DNA from: Octopus sinensis
Taxonomy: Eukaryota
Length of the DNA: 64,000 bases
Direction of reading: 5' to 3'
NCBI RefSeq assembly: GCF_006345805.1
Contig: NC_043002.1
Span: 76,694,001-76,758,000 of the forward strand
The notes beneath the pieces are model-generated. The model ran no database searches and was not told the origin of the DNA. It saw nothing but the letters and a program-made list of their open reading frames with translations. The position numbers and the translations under genes were made by a program. Positions within the stretch are counted from its first letter, which is position 1. Every line of letters begins with the position of its first letter. Below, piece after piece: positions 39,001-52,487 of this stretch.

Positions 39001-39666
39001 TACTATATATATATATATAATGAACTAAATGGAAACACTGTAAAGTTTTAAATCTGTTAAGGAATTGTATTAATTTAGAGTTAATCATTAGCTCTGGTGT
39101 CAGTAGCATTGACTCAACAGGCCAAGTTATCTATGAGAAAGAATGCTGATTTTCCCTAAGAAAGCAGTGTACTTCGAAGCAAGAAGGATTATCTTGTTTG
39201 GATATAAGGAAATAGCTACGAGAGATTACTTATGTATACTATATGAACTAGTACTAGCGCTCCAATATATAGAGGTATCTATATATGTTTGTTCATTTAA
39301 CATCTGCATTTTCACTGGTATGGAATGGGTGAGGACTATCTAAGGCAGCATTTTCATTTTTTTCTACTGAATACCTATCCTGTTACCAATTCTTATGTTT
39401 TTCAAGTGAAGAGCAACTAGTTGAAATGTCAACAATGAATGTAAACATCACCATATGGCTCAACTTGTGACAAGCAAAAGATGTGGAATTTCAACATGTG
39501 TATATACACACACACACACACACAATGGGCTTCCCTGTAGTTACCAACTTGTCCCACTCAATACTTTAGTTGGTCCATGCTACTGATACCAGAGCGCTAA
39601 TGATTAACTCTAAATTAATACAGATTCTTAACAGATTTAAAACTTTATGTTGTTTCCATTTAGTTC

Positions 39667-39709
<43 letters not shown>

Positions 39710-39776
39710 GAAGCACATGGCTTAGTGGTTAGGGTGTTGGACTCATGATTATAAGATTGTGGTTTTGATTCCTAGA
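39710..39776 (+). mobile_element. SINE family C tRNA-like head only (67 nt)
   Basis: gaagcacatggcttagtggttagggtgttggactc...ggttttgattcctaga; 64/67 identical to the reverse complement of 38934-39000. Confidence 0.82.
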
Positions 39777-41431
39777 TGCTCAGAGTGGGACTGAACTTGA
39801 AACTGGCTGCGAAGCAAACTTCTTAACGATGGGTGCCATTTTTGCACCTATCTGGACTTGAGTCAAGTCAATTGCAACTCCTGTTGCAATTGACTTAAGA
39901 TATATTTCACTCCAAAGAGATTATCATAGCAACCTATCTGTAGATACGTATATGTTTGTGTGAAGCCAATGTATGATAAATATTATCTCATAGCGATAAG
40001 CATTACATTCAGTATTAAATCAATTTTTAAAATGCTTACATATTATACACAAAGAACATTTCAAATTAAAATTGAAGCTGAGTATTAAAACTAATGTATA
40101 TTTTATTGAGTTGATCAGTTAAGGTAATTTGTAAACTTCAATTAGTGAATGGATTGGTACAAACAATTCAAACTCTTCCTTGATTGACTTTTACATTTAT
40201 TTCACCTGTTATATGCTTCAGCATTTTGGATTGATTATAAACTAATCTCTTTCAAAATGCACAAGCCAAAGAAATTACTATCATCACCTTCATGTGGTCA
40301 TGTTGGTTTTGGAATACTGCTAGATTAGAGTGCTCAGTTTGGTACCTAATTCTTCTGTATTTAAATGTTATCACTTTGGATATACGAAATGGAGATCAGT
40401 TTTTGATGAAATTTTATCATCTCTGATTGAGCAGGCTTATATCAGAAGGCATTTTCATTCAAGTACAGTATAAGTAGGACTTCATTATCCAATGTGCCCC
40501 CGCTCTTTTTTTTTTTAAAGACAGTTGTATTATTCTTTGAAGGGAAATTTGCTGCTATTTCTAGCAATTTGAGTGAGTTAAATCACACCTGCTCTCATTA
40601 ACAATAAACATTCCATTTTGCAAGAAAACTCCATCACATTATTAGACCCGTATCCCACGGACTTATTTCTGTTTTTTTTTTTTTTTTTTTTTTTTGTCTA
40701 AAATTCCCTACTTATTAGTTTTTAATCACCTCTTTAGCAGATTTTACTATTTAAGATAAATACAAATCTATAAATTGCTTTTTTTATTTACAAATATTTT
40801 CTTTTATTCAGATTTTCGTGTTTTATTGTTGCTTCATTTTCCCCGAGTTAAAAAGTTGTACACGAATAACATTCTTTTTAACCATATTAACTCTACTGGT
40901 ATTGGCTACAAACAAAGGAAACAAATTAACAGTTTATAAATCTATCAAATAGCTACCCGCATTTCAAATTATTTAGTCCATTGCTGCATTTTATTGCTTG
41001 ATCTGTAAACTTATCAAACAGTTATATCCGATAGTATTATTTCGAGATTTCTGGGCAGTATATGTAGTCTGTTTTAAGAGGTCAATATCAAAGTGATGTC
41101 ATGTATTATATCCATTTATATGATGTATATAAAGTATTAATTTTGATGTTTATAATGTAATAAACATCAATAACTTTTAATTTACTCTCTCTTTTTTTTT
41201 ATTATTAATATCTTGTTCACTAGCTCAACCCATTTGGTTACCCCCCCCCCTTTTTTTTTTAAAGGAAAAGTAAGCATTACAAGTATCCTGATGACTGCTA
41301 TTCATCATTAATAGATTGCTTATTACTGCTGTTAGAGACCCTCTTTCCATTAGAGGATGATAATGATTTTGGTAAATTTTTAGTTACCGAAAAAATTCCT
41401 AGAATATAACTTAGAATTTATTATCACTGAA

Positions 41432-41669
41432 GTTCAGTTTAAACATTTAAACTGTCCATATCCGGCCCAAATATTCGGCCCAAATATTCTACTTGTTTTA
41501 TGTTGAAACTGGCTTGATCCAGCCTCTCATACCTACCCTTCAATGTCATTCTAAAAATAACCACATCATCAAAATCTGTGAAGGTACAAGGTACTATATG
41601 ATTAATTTTAAAAAATGCAGATAAATAAGTATTATGTTTGATAAATTGATCTAAATGCTAAAGGGTTAA
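41432..41669 (+). mobile_element. piggyBac-type MITE family D copy with an internal 13-bp tandem duplication
   Basis: Ends aatgctaaagggttaa; shared interior; cggcccaaatatt x2 at 41463-41488; left TIR degraded. Confidence 0.8.
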
Positions 41670-44600
41670 GTCATCAAACTAGATACATTATTGTAACCAT
41701 TTCTATGTTCTACTGTCTTGGTTAGTTCTGGTTCCTCTGCTCGTATAGTAATATATAAAAACTGGATTCTGTTTTTTTTTTTCTATTTGAATAGGTGTTG
41801 TATAGTCAACACTTGGTAAATGCTTATATTTATTTATTTATTTACTTGATTTATTTACTTGGAGCTATTAGTCATATTATTCAGGTTATCATAATGCAAC
41901 AGGAAGACGTTGAGTAAATTAGTTTAGATTATAATCTCGGAACTCTTTGCTTTGCTGACATGTAGTATTTTATTTACAATGACCATATCTCTCACTTGTG
42001 TCACCCTATGTTTGCTGTTATGAAGACCATCTCCATTTATTTATTTTTCAATGTTATTTCTATCTCCTAGGCACTTAAACCTGATGCACCTCACTTTGTA
42101 CACAACTGACAGCTTTGTGAACACTGACTACTTGTTAGAATCACTTTCCAAACCATTCCCTTCTCTACCTTATTTAGTATGTGTGCGCAAGGCTTTGGTT
42201 CGGCTTACAAGCAAATAGATGTTTCTTACTATTCCAGTTTACAAAGCTAGTAGCGTCATCTCATTAAACACTGAAAAGTCACTTCAACAATTGCCAGCGT
42301 TTATTCTACACAGTTGGAGACTCCAAACAAACAGAATGCCATCTGTCCTATAATGTTTGTCTATCCATTTTCTCCTTCTCTGTTAGTTTTGTTACACAGT
42401 CTAAATTACTTGCTCTCATCAATTTTTCTAAACTTTTTCTAGTCATAATAGTGTTCTTCATCTCATAAATTCTGTCCTTCGCTTTTGTCTACATTTTCTC
42501 TGCTTGTTCAGATGGCAATTTTTTTGTTTCTCTGCTGTTTTATCTTTTCTTTATCCAATAAATCTGTATTCTTAGCTCTTAACTCTTTTAGTTTTATTTG
42601 GTCATTTGTTTTGCAATTTCTGAACAGGTTTTTATTTTTATCTTTAAAAGTGCATTTTTTTTTTTTAATGTTAGAATCATTTCTTTACACTATACACACT
42701 GGCTATTTTATTCTTTGAAATAATCATATATTTTTTTTGTCTTATTTTTATATTGATATTTGTTATTTTAGGTCATCCTATTGTTCATTATCAGTTTACT
42801 ATTTTGTTTTGACTATTTTCATTGGTAACATCTAAACATTATCAACACCTTTGACCCATCTTAATTGGATTACATTGTTGAAATAATTACTAATCGCAAG
42901 TTATTAGTATTTTCAGTGATGTCTTTCAGTGGTGTCTATGATGATAGGATCCATAAAGAACACCAAGCTTTTTACCCTCAATCCCCTTTGCTGTTCAGTT
43001 TGTCATCATTATTACTCATTTACAGCTTCACTTCCTTACTGATGCTTCCATCCCATGACATCTGTTAGTGCCATTTAGTATATACGTTTGTTAGCATCAT
43101 ATAGTATAACTAACATTTGGTAGTATCAGTGTTTCAATATTATTTCACTTACACCTACTTAGCCATGTTGTTAAAGCAATTATCAGGAACATTAGATGTT
43201 AGGCTGTTATCTTCAGGTAATCTCTGTTGGTAGCACCTGACTAATGCACTGAATCAGTGACTGAGCAACTGCTGAGATCTTAGAATTACCCTCCTTGTTT
43301 CACCATTAAATTTGGTATATAAACAGATTTGATAACTGGAGGTACCAAACCCAAAGTAGTTGTATCAACATTACTACAATATTTTTTTCTTTCTGAGCAG
43401 CATTGCATAAACCAAAAATGTTTCTTTACTAGATATAGAAGCCTTCTATTTTAAAAGTAAAAATGGGGAAATGGCATTTATTACTAGTCATAAGAGATTT
43501 GCAATCTAGCTAAAGTGAAATGGTTTTAATATGGTGTGTAAGTAAAGTTAATTCCAGAAATATGTTGTTTTGATTAAAATCTTTTTGTGGTCATATTTGT
43601 AATGAAATACACTCTCTGTTGTTTCAATTAATTTTGAAAATAATCAAAAATTTGTAGGGAAGTAGAAAAATAATAAACTGGTGTTTGGAACATAAAAATT
43701 TCACATAGGATTAAGATGAAATGTTTTAAGCTAAATCCAAATACTTCTACAATGAAAGGCTTCTATCGTTAGATGCAGAGGTGGTATTGAAAGGGTTAAC
43801 CAAAAGAAACCAATCTTGCTCTATAGAATATTAAGAGGATTAAAAGAGCAGAGGATTAGAAGATGAAATAAACTTAATTTTATTTCAATAGAAATTTACT
43901 AAAAAGAAATATTTTTGTTTTTACTTAATTGGTTTATATAGAATCAAGTTCAATCCTAACTAGCTGCTAACATTTGACTTATTTTTTTCTTTTAAATTAA
44001 ATCTGATTTTAGAGCTTAACCTCTCCTTTTATTTGTTTGTTGACTTTAAAAAAAAAAAAATTTATATTATGTCATTCCAAGTTTTTTCTGGAAATAGTGG
44101 GAAGTCTTTTTGAAAAGAAGACACATTTGTTAATCTATTTTAAGTACCTCACTGTTTATCCTGATTTTAAAATTTCTTTGTAATTTTATTCCTTCTATAA
44201 GATTTAGGGCTCTTACAAAGATCCCTATAATAATGTATTAGGCATTCAACACTCAAACAATTGGGAGAATTTTCATGTGATGGTTTGCATGCTTAAAAAA
44301 GCAGGTTCAAAAAAACAAATCTTTTCTTGATCTGCTTATTGACAAAAATAGTTAGAGTGAAATTGGATGTAATAGAAGAAAAAAAGGGGGGGGGGAATAT
44401 AGTGTGTATTACTTTGTATCTGATTTTATTTTGCAGTAGTTTTAATTCTTTGCTCTCAAGATTTTTTTGTGGTGGTGGTGGTGGTAGATCAGTGAGGAGA
44501 GAGAGAGAGATCAACTTTGTTTACTTTCTTGATATTCCTAAGATGAATTTAAATGTCAAGAAAAGTATCAGTCACAAATTTCCAAAAAATTTAGAGTGAT

Positions 44601-46733
44601 GCTTGTGTGCTCTGTAAATTTTTTCTTAAAATTATATCCAATCTTTTTTATTTAAAGTTCTTGTTAATGTTGATTGAGGTTGCTGTACCTGTTGCGTTTA
44701 AACACAGTTTCCTGGAATTTCAAATAAAAATATATTTTATTCATAGACTCTATCCTCGTGTTTGTTTAGCTTTAAGAAACAGTTATTGGTATTTTTTAAA
44801 CTATATCTTCTATATATTTTATATTTTCGTTTTTTTTTGTTTTTTTTTATATCTCCACAAACGAAAATAGCCGTAGGAGTGGAGAATCTGAATTTCTTTA
44901 GATACCAATGTCAGTCAAAACCACACTGCATTCTGTAGAATGTTCCCAAGATGTCAACTTCATTGATTTTTGTTCAATACCTGCACAAGTTCCATTTGAA
45001 GTAAAAATTACTTTCATATTAGTAGACAGGACAGTTTATTGTTTTTACATTCTGCTATAAATTGGGTTGAAATTATATATAAATTCTTATGTTGATGTAA
45101 ATAGTTATGATTTTTTATTTTTTCTTCTTCATTAAACAAATTTTTGTTTATCTATACTTTGTAAACAAAGGTTAGCCTTCTCTTTTTGTACTTTTCATAT
45201 GCCGAAAAGTTTGTCATAAACCTTTCAATTTTAAAATTTAAAGTTAGTTCTAATGAAACTTTTCTGTTATACAAAAATCTTAATTCCATTTCTCTTATAT
45301 TTTCCTTATAAAATTTAATGTAAAGAATTTTACCTAATTTCTACAAAAAATAGGTGTGCATATGCATGCACTTTTTTTGTTTTATTTTTTTCATCCCCTC
45401 ATTTAAATCAACCTACTACATCCTGAAATATTTCACACAGGTCTTAGTGCAAGTTGAAATTTCTTCTATATATATTCTGATTCATAGAATAGTTGTCTAT
45501 TGGTAATCCCTCAAATGTTTTTATATTTTTTGTCCCTAATTTTCTTGTGTTTGAAGGGTTTTTGCCTCCAGCAGCTTAATGAAAAAAATAACTTAAAGTT
45601 AACTTGGTTTGGGTGTGTGTGTGGGGGGGATCATTAACTGTCCATATATCCATCCTAGGTCAGGTTAGCTATATAGAGATAATTTATAGCACTGGGATCT
45701 GTTTCTGATAAACATTTTTTTTTAATATCTGCTTGTGGAAAACAAAATGTTTAATACAGATGTGAAGTGAGGTCATTGGATTTTCATCAAATTTGTCTAC
45801 AAAAAGAATTATAAAATTATTAAAAATCAAATAAAAATGAAAGGCCTTCATTGGAAGTCTGGAAAATCTGTTTAACTTTTATTTATATTTACACAATGCT
45901 GTTAATTACAAGTGGGATAAATATTGATATTCCCTCCTTTTTAGAAAGAAAACCAATTGTGTTTTTGACAATTCCTGCTTGGCATTGTTTACTTGTACTT
46001 TAAAAAAAAATATTTTATGAATAAAACTGCAAATTATACCATGATTAATGGCCATATTCCTGTGTGAGTTTCTTTTGACTATTGATATATATATATAACT
46101 TCCTCTTTTTTTCTGGTTATCTCTTTTGTTGGTATCATTAGAATTTAACAATGCTACCGACAAGATGTTTTTTTTCTCTCTATTTTTTTAATCATTCCTC
46201 ACAGCTTGGTGAATAGTGTAGGTTTGATTTTTTTTTCCCCCTCCCATTACATGATCAGCAATAGACCTATTGAAACTGGGTATTTTTTGTTCTACCACAG
46301 TTTAAACAAACACTGTTTGATATCTTCTCATTTGATATACATAACTGACATACAAGTTAATAGAATTAATGCAACTTTCATAACTTGTCTTCCAAAATCT
46401 CCTTTGCGCTTCTTTACCAAAAAAAATAAGAAAAAAAGTTTTTTCAGTCCAATTGTGCTCTGCTCTTTGTCTTTTCTTTGGGCAATTTCCAAGTTTTAAA
46501 AATATCCATGGGGCAATTTATCTCTTCATTTTCAGTATTGATTTCTTTTGGATGCTTTTATTCCTTTGTGTGTGGTTTAAAAAACATTTTTTTTTAATTG
46601 ATTTATATCCTGACTCTAATAGATATTGCTGTGATCTGAATTCTGTATTTTTCCCCACCTAAATCCTATTTGGTGTTCAGATATGATCTGACATTTGCCT
46701 TGTAATCGCCATTTAACATAGATTATTGGAAAT

Positions 46734-46787
46734 GTTGCTTCCAATCATAATTCTGCACAAGTTGCTTCCAATCATAATTCTGCACAA
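46734..46787. repeat. Perfect 27-bp tandem duplication (GTTGCTTCCAATCATAATTCTGCACAA x2)
   Basis: Direct reading. Confidence 0.95.
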
Positions 46788-49700
46788 TTTAATTCTTTCC
46801 AAATTTGTTTTGGGGACATAATACAGTGTATAACCAACCATACTTGAGAATGTTTTCCATGAAATACAGACTTCCCAACTGTTTTTTTATGTTCTGTTTT
46901 TCTTTGTTATTATTATGTTTCTCAATAGTAGAAGTTTTAGGATGATCCATTAACACTTTAGCTGTGCATTATGTCTTCCATCTGTCAAAATCAAGAAATG
47001 TCCTTGTTATTTATATCTGAAAGAAACAAAAGAATTTTAAGATTATTTTTTTGAGATTAAGCCTTGATATGAGTTTTCTTTTCCAGATTTAAACAAATCT
47101 GTTTCAAAGATAAATTTATTAGGTTTTACAGAAACAATAATATATTTTCTCAATAATTAGTCTTCAAAACACTTATGTGAACAAGTATTTGATTATGTAG
47201 TGAGGTTGTACAGAAAATCAGTGCTTTGACAGCAATGAATTAACCAACTGTTTCTGGATATTGGCATTAATCCAGTTGCATGTCTGCAATAGTCTTTGTC
47301 TCTGAGACAGACCCTCTTTTACTGTTGTTACATTACTTAGCATAGTATCTCTCTCTCTCTCTCACACACACACTCACACACACTCTCTCTTTATTCAGGT
47401 GATTAATTTCAATGTCCTCAGAGAAGGAGAATATAATTTTAGGTGAATAATACCATGACCTCAAGAACCTACTTTATCTGTCGCCTTTTGAAATTTACAA
47501 CCTAAATCTAGACTCCCTGCATGTCCTCGACTTCTGTTAACATTTTCTCCTTGCCAAATTCACTCATGAAATTTCCATATCTTTATTAATTAACTGTAAC
47601 TCTATACATTTGAAACCTGACATTGTCTCATGTCACCTTTTGGTTTAAGAATGGCAGGCATTTGTAAGATATAATTCCAAACAATTAATTTGCTATTACT
47701 TGTGACAGTTTCCTGTTTCACTCTTATACTTTATAGCTTATTCCTCAACTGGTTACTTATTTCTGGTTACAGCAAAGACATCTCCACACAAACTCACCAT
47801 TTCACTCCCACCCCTATTTTCTTCCTTTTCCTCCTCTTACCTCTTGCATTGCTCTCTTCAAAAATTATCTACCAATGAAAATGTCATTGCTAATTTCTCA
47901 TCTTGCTTAACTTTTCTACATCAAAGCCTCTAGCTGGCTCTGGATGATTCCAAGATATCTGAATCCCTCGTAAAAATACCAGCCACCACATTTTATATCT
48001 GTCTGCCTTATTTGCATCATATAAATTTATGGTTATAAATAGCCATCATACTAGCTTATAGAGGAATTATACTGTGAAAGAGTTCTCAGACCCATTGGGA
48101 CATAAAAGTTTATTTTTTGTACTTTCCCTGATATATGCCATTAATATCATTTAGTTTGTTGAGAGTGAAGTGTAATAATAAAAAAAGACTTGGTATATGA
48201 AACAACTTGACATTGAACCTAGATTGTAATTTTAATAGCTCTCCTCCTTCTGTACAGGTTTGTTGTGGCAGTAGGCTGTATTTAGATGTCACTGCTGCTT
48301 GTATGATATTTGTTCTTGAGAAGTTGTACAGGCTTTTAATTCAACTGACTCTATTGGGGAAAATTCTTAATATATTTATTTTATTAATAGGAGTGACTAG
48401 ATAGTTTAAATAATTTTCCTTTTTCACAATGCTTTTAAAGATTTTCTTTTTTAGTTTTGTTATTTTCTTTACTCGGGAGCTTTTTGTTTTTGCTTTTTCT
48501 TTTTGTATTGTTTCATTTGTTTTAACAAACGAGATAGATGTAGATAGAAAGATTGATGAATTGAATGTTTGTTTGGTCTGAATATATTGACTGTGTTAAC
48601 AAAGATTCCCTTCTTAGCCAGTTGCTTGAATTGGTGTCTTCTCCAGCAACTGAATTACATTAAGTAGCAAGAATTCAGTGTGAAAATCAAACACTGGGGC
48701 TCACAGGAGTGTTATTACAAGATATTAGATGTTTGCCCCTGAAGTGCAAAGCTAATATTTGCTACAATGTTGGTGTGGTATGATGAGGTAAGATGTGTAG
48801 ACTCTTTCTCTGCCTCTCCTCTCCTCAACTCTTTCGTCCTTGCTCCCCTTCTTTAAGCTTAAATTGAAACCTTCATCTCCTCTTACACCCACAAATATAC
48901 ATACACACACACACACCTTCTCTCTTTCTCTCTCTCTCTAAATGAATGGAAAGAGAGCAGATCTGTGCAAACAGTCATTGGTAGTAGTACTTTTGTTAAT
49001 GTTTGCTGATGGCCACTGGAATAGGATTAGACAGCCGTCTCCTTTGAGAAAAGATTTCTTTGCAGCTTCAACCATTGAGCTTGTTTACTTCACCCACTTC
49101 CATGTCCCTTTTGAGCTGTGTATTAGTTTCTGGATAACCAAAAGATGGACACATGAATCACATAGACACACACACACTGAAACATATTTACTCTCTCTCG
49201 TTCACATCTGTTATTGACTGATGTTGCACCTATCATGACAATTGCAACTTTTCTTAACATCTTCTCTGAATTGATGTTATTTCTTGTCACAGAACAAGCT
49301 CCCAGTTAACTATTAATACAAGATTAGTTAGGGTGGGATGGTGTATACTGTGTATTCTAAAATATTTCTTTTTGTTGTTGCATTTACTTTCTATATATAT
49401 ATATATATTTTTAACTTGCCTTAGTTATTGAGTAATTCTATTCCATTGTTGACTAACCAGAAGACTATCAAACTTGATTTATTATTCATGCACAGGCTTA
49501 ACATGCTTATGTACACCTATCAACTATATTGCTGTCCCTACCACCATGAGTCCCCATAAGTGGAGGAGAGTGAACGGGAGTTGTGCACATACAAATTAAT
49601 CTGCAAGCGTTGGCTGTTGTGATAATTTCCTGCCAAACTTTTTTTAACAATAACCAAGGTTTTGAGTTGCTGTATATGATACAAACTAAAGCAGAAAACT

Positions 49701-51879
49701 TTGATACTAGATTTCTTAATATTCTCAAATTTTTACATCCACACAAATTATGCTTATTATCTTATATATATATATACACACACAAGCCTATTTGAACAAA
49801 TGGTTCCACATCAACTTTTTTTAAAAAATTTACTTTATTCCAACCAATGTTGTAAGAATTGAAATTTGACTATTTTGTGGTTTTTAAATAGAATTTTTTT
49901 TTTTTTACATTTCTTACTGCAATTATTATTATTATTATTATTGCACAAATATATCCTTTCATAAAATCTGCCTTGCTAAATTGTCAAGAATTTATATGGG
50001 AGTGTGTGTGTGTGTGATTCATAACATTAGAGTATAGATTTTAATTCATGTCTATATATACATACAATTACTGTGATCAAATTCTTGAAAACCACTTTTT
50101 TTTTTATTAATCTTAAATTCAATCTTAATAGTTCCATTTATGTTACCTTTAGAAGATAAAAATATTCTTAAAAGTGTGTCCTAGCCCTTCATTCACCATG
50201 TTCATTTCCTAATGGCTCAAATTATTATTATTATTATTTAAGTAAAATGCAACTTTTTTTTAAAATTATACTCAATTCTTTTTAATGGTTTTTTTTTTAA
50301 TTTCCCTTTCCCCTAATTCTGTTTTTCAAATTTTACATACAAATACTACATTAGAGATTGCCACCACCCACCCTGCTCCATACCTTCAGTTCCCAATCAC
50401 CAACTCTTTATTAGTGATGAAAACATTTTCACTATTAGTGATTCTCCCCCTCCTCCTCTCCCTCCATTCACTTTTGCTACCAAAGAAGGTCAAGAGGTAA
50501 GGTTAGGCTAAGAGTAGGGGCGATAGGAAGATAGACTGAAGTAGGAGTTGCCTGTTAAGGAGTTTTTTCTTTTCCTTTTTCTGTTTTAGATTGTTGCAGC
50601 TTCGCATTCTCTTGTTGAAGTTCTCTGTCTCTCTCTCCCTCCTTACTCATTTCTTCCTCTCCTTGTCCTTCTTCACACAAAAGCTGTAGCCAGCTGAACA
50701 AATACATTTTTTACTTTCAATCAGTTCAGGATCTCCATCTTCTCAAACTCAAAACTATCGGTCTCCTTTCTCCAATTTATATTCTATTTAAGTCTCACTA
50801 TCTCACACCCACCCACTAACCTTGCTTGTTTTTTTTCTTTTTTTCTTCTTCTTCCTTAAGATATTGATTTATCATATTGCTGCAAGCAAAGAATGTTAAT
50901 CTCTTGAGAAAATGGTTTTTAGTGAAGGGAAGCAAGAGAGCGAGATCAAAAACAAAACAAAAACAAAAACCTCTCTCTTTTTCTCTCTCTCTCTCTTCTC
51001 CCCATCCATTTAGTTCTCAATAATTTCCTGTTTAAAACCTCTCGGCTATTCTAGACTTTCTTATTGTTCCTTACTCCATTTACTGATAAAAAGCACACTC
51101 TGAACGAGAGGTGGTTGGGAGCGGAGACGGAGCTGAGAAATCAGTGTATCCCAAGTTTTTACATCATGATTCTCTGGAAAAACCCTTCATTTGGAAATAT
51201 TCTTAAGCCACTCAAAAAGCTCAACACAATCTCTACAAGCATCATTCATTCTCTATATTGGTATTTGAATAACATTGATCTCCCTTCTAACTTTTTATCA
51301 CCCCACCAAATATAAATGAACAAGTTATTGAAAAATTTACTAACAGAGATTGTCTTTTTTCTTTTTCTTTTTTTCTTGTTTTTAAACGTTCCCATTTGTA
51401 AAATGAATATTTTCATAATATTACTTAACTCCTTAACTACATTATTAGTAATTATCAAAATACGACTCTACTTCTTTCCTCATAAATATCATTTAGTAAC
51501 ATTAGTTCTACAATACTGCAATTTTCTCCCCGCCAAAAATAAATAATAGTAATAATAATTAAAGAAATAAACAATATAGATGTGAATTATGAATGAATTT
51601 TTGCTTTATTTTTGTATTCTATACTTGTTCTTCCATTCAATTTCTCCTGTGATGTCTGAAACTGAATTGGATTCTGATTTGTTTTTTGTTTTTTTTTCCT
51701 ATACCTATATGTATTTTTTTTTTCCTTGCTTGGTTTCCACCCAGTGGGTATCGTTCTACAAGTGAAGTAGTTTTAAGTTAAATGACCCTCAGCATGCAAC
51801 CTAGCAAATGCTATATATCTTTAGCATTGTTTCCAAAGATCTTCAATATGTTTTTTTTTCTTTCTTTTCTTTTCTGTAG

Positions 51880-51984
51880 AGAGCATCCGCATCACCAGCT
51901 GATCGTGACAAGTATAGACATCGAAGTAGGTCCCCTGAAGTAAATGACAGCTCAAAAAAGCGAAGAGCAGAAGAGAAACCCAAT
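51880..51984 (+). CDS. gro: Groucho/TLE exon, CcN region with NLS-like KKRR (RASASPADRDKYRHRSRSPEVNDSSKKRRAEEKPN), 105 nt, phase 0-0
   Basis: Long pyrimidine tract plus ctgtag acceptor, gtaagt donor; basic cluster corresponds to TLE SKKxKxEEK. Confidence 0.92.
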
Positions 51985-52436
51985 GTAAGTGACTATATGA
52001 ACTGCACATTTCTCCTGAGGAGCTTAGATATCATTTGAGTGAGTGTGTGAAAGCGAGAGACAAGAAATGGACAGAATATTTCATTTTCTTAATTTCCTGC
52101 CATAGAATTAAAGAATTACACCTACATGAATAAACCTACCTTTACACACAAGAATAAATCCAGCCATACACATATAATTTTGTATAATATTCATAACATA
52201 TATCTCATATTTTTGTTTCATTGGAATGTATCTGTATTTATCTGGCTATAAGACCACTAATGGTGGCCCATTGTTAAAAAAAAATTCTCCAGTCATTGGC
52301 TGGCTAGTCTTATTAGTTTCAAGATTCTGTTTTTCTTTGCAATATTTTTATAACTGTTGAATTATATTTGTGCTTCTTATAGCTTCTTGATGTTAAAATC
52401 TAAAAAAAAATTTACCTTCATTTCTATCTTGGTTAG

Positions 52437-52487
52437 GATAGTGATGGCGAGAAGAGTGACCAAGATCTCGTAGTTGATGTAGCAGAA
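52437..52487 (+). CDS. gro: Groucho/TLE exon, CcN CK2-site motif (DSDGEKSDQDLVVDVAE), 51 nt, phase 0-0
   Basis: ggttag acceptor, gtgagt donor; hallmark DSDGEKSD..LVVDV motif. Confidence 0.96.

Noticed and set aside
42930-43000. Possible exon reading GVYDDRIHKEHQ after a tttcag acceptor
   Set aside because: No plausible donor at a compatible position; the resemblance to the TLE linker is superficial.
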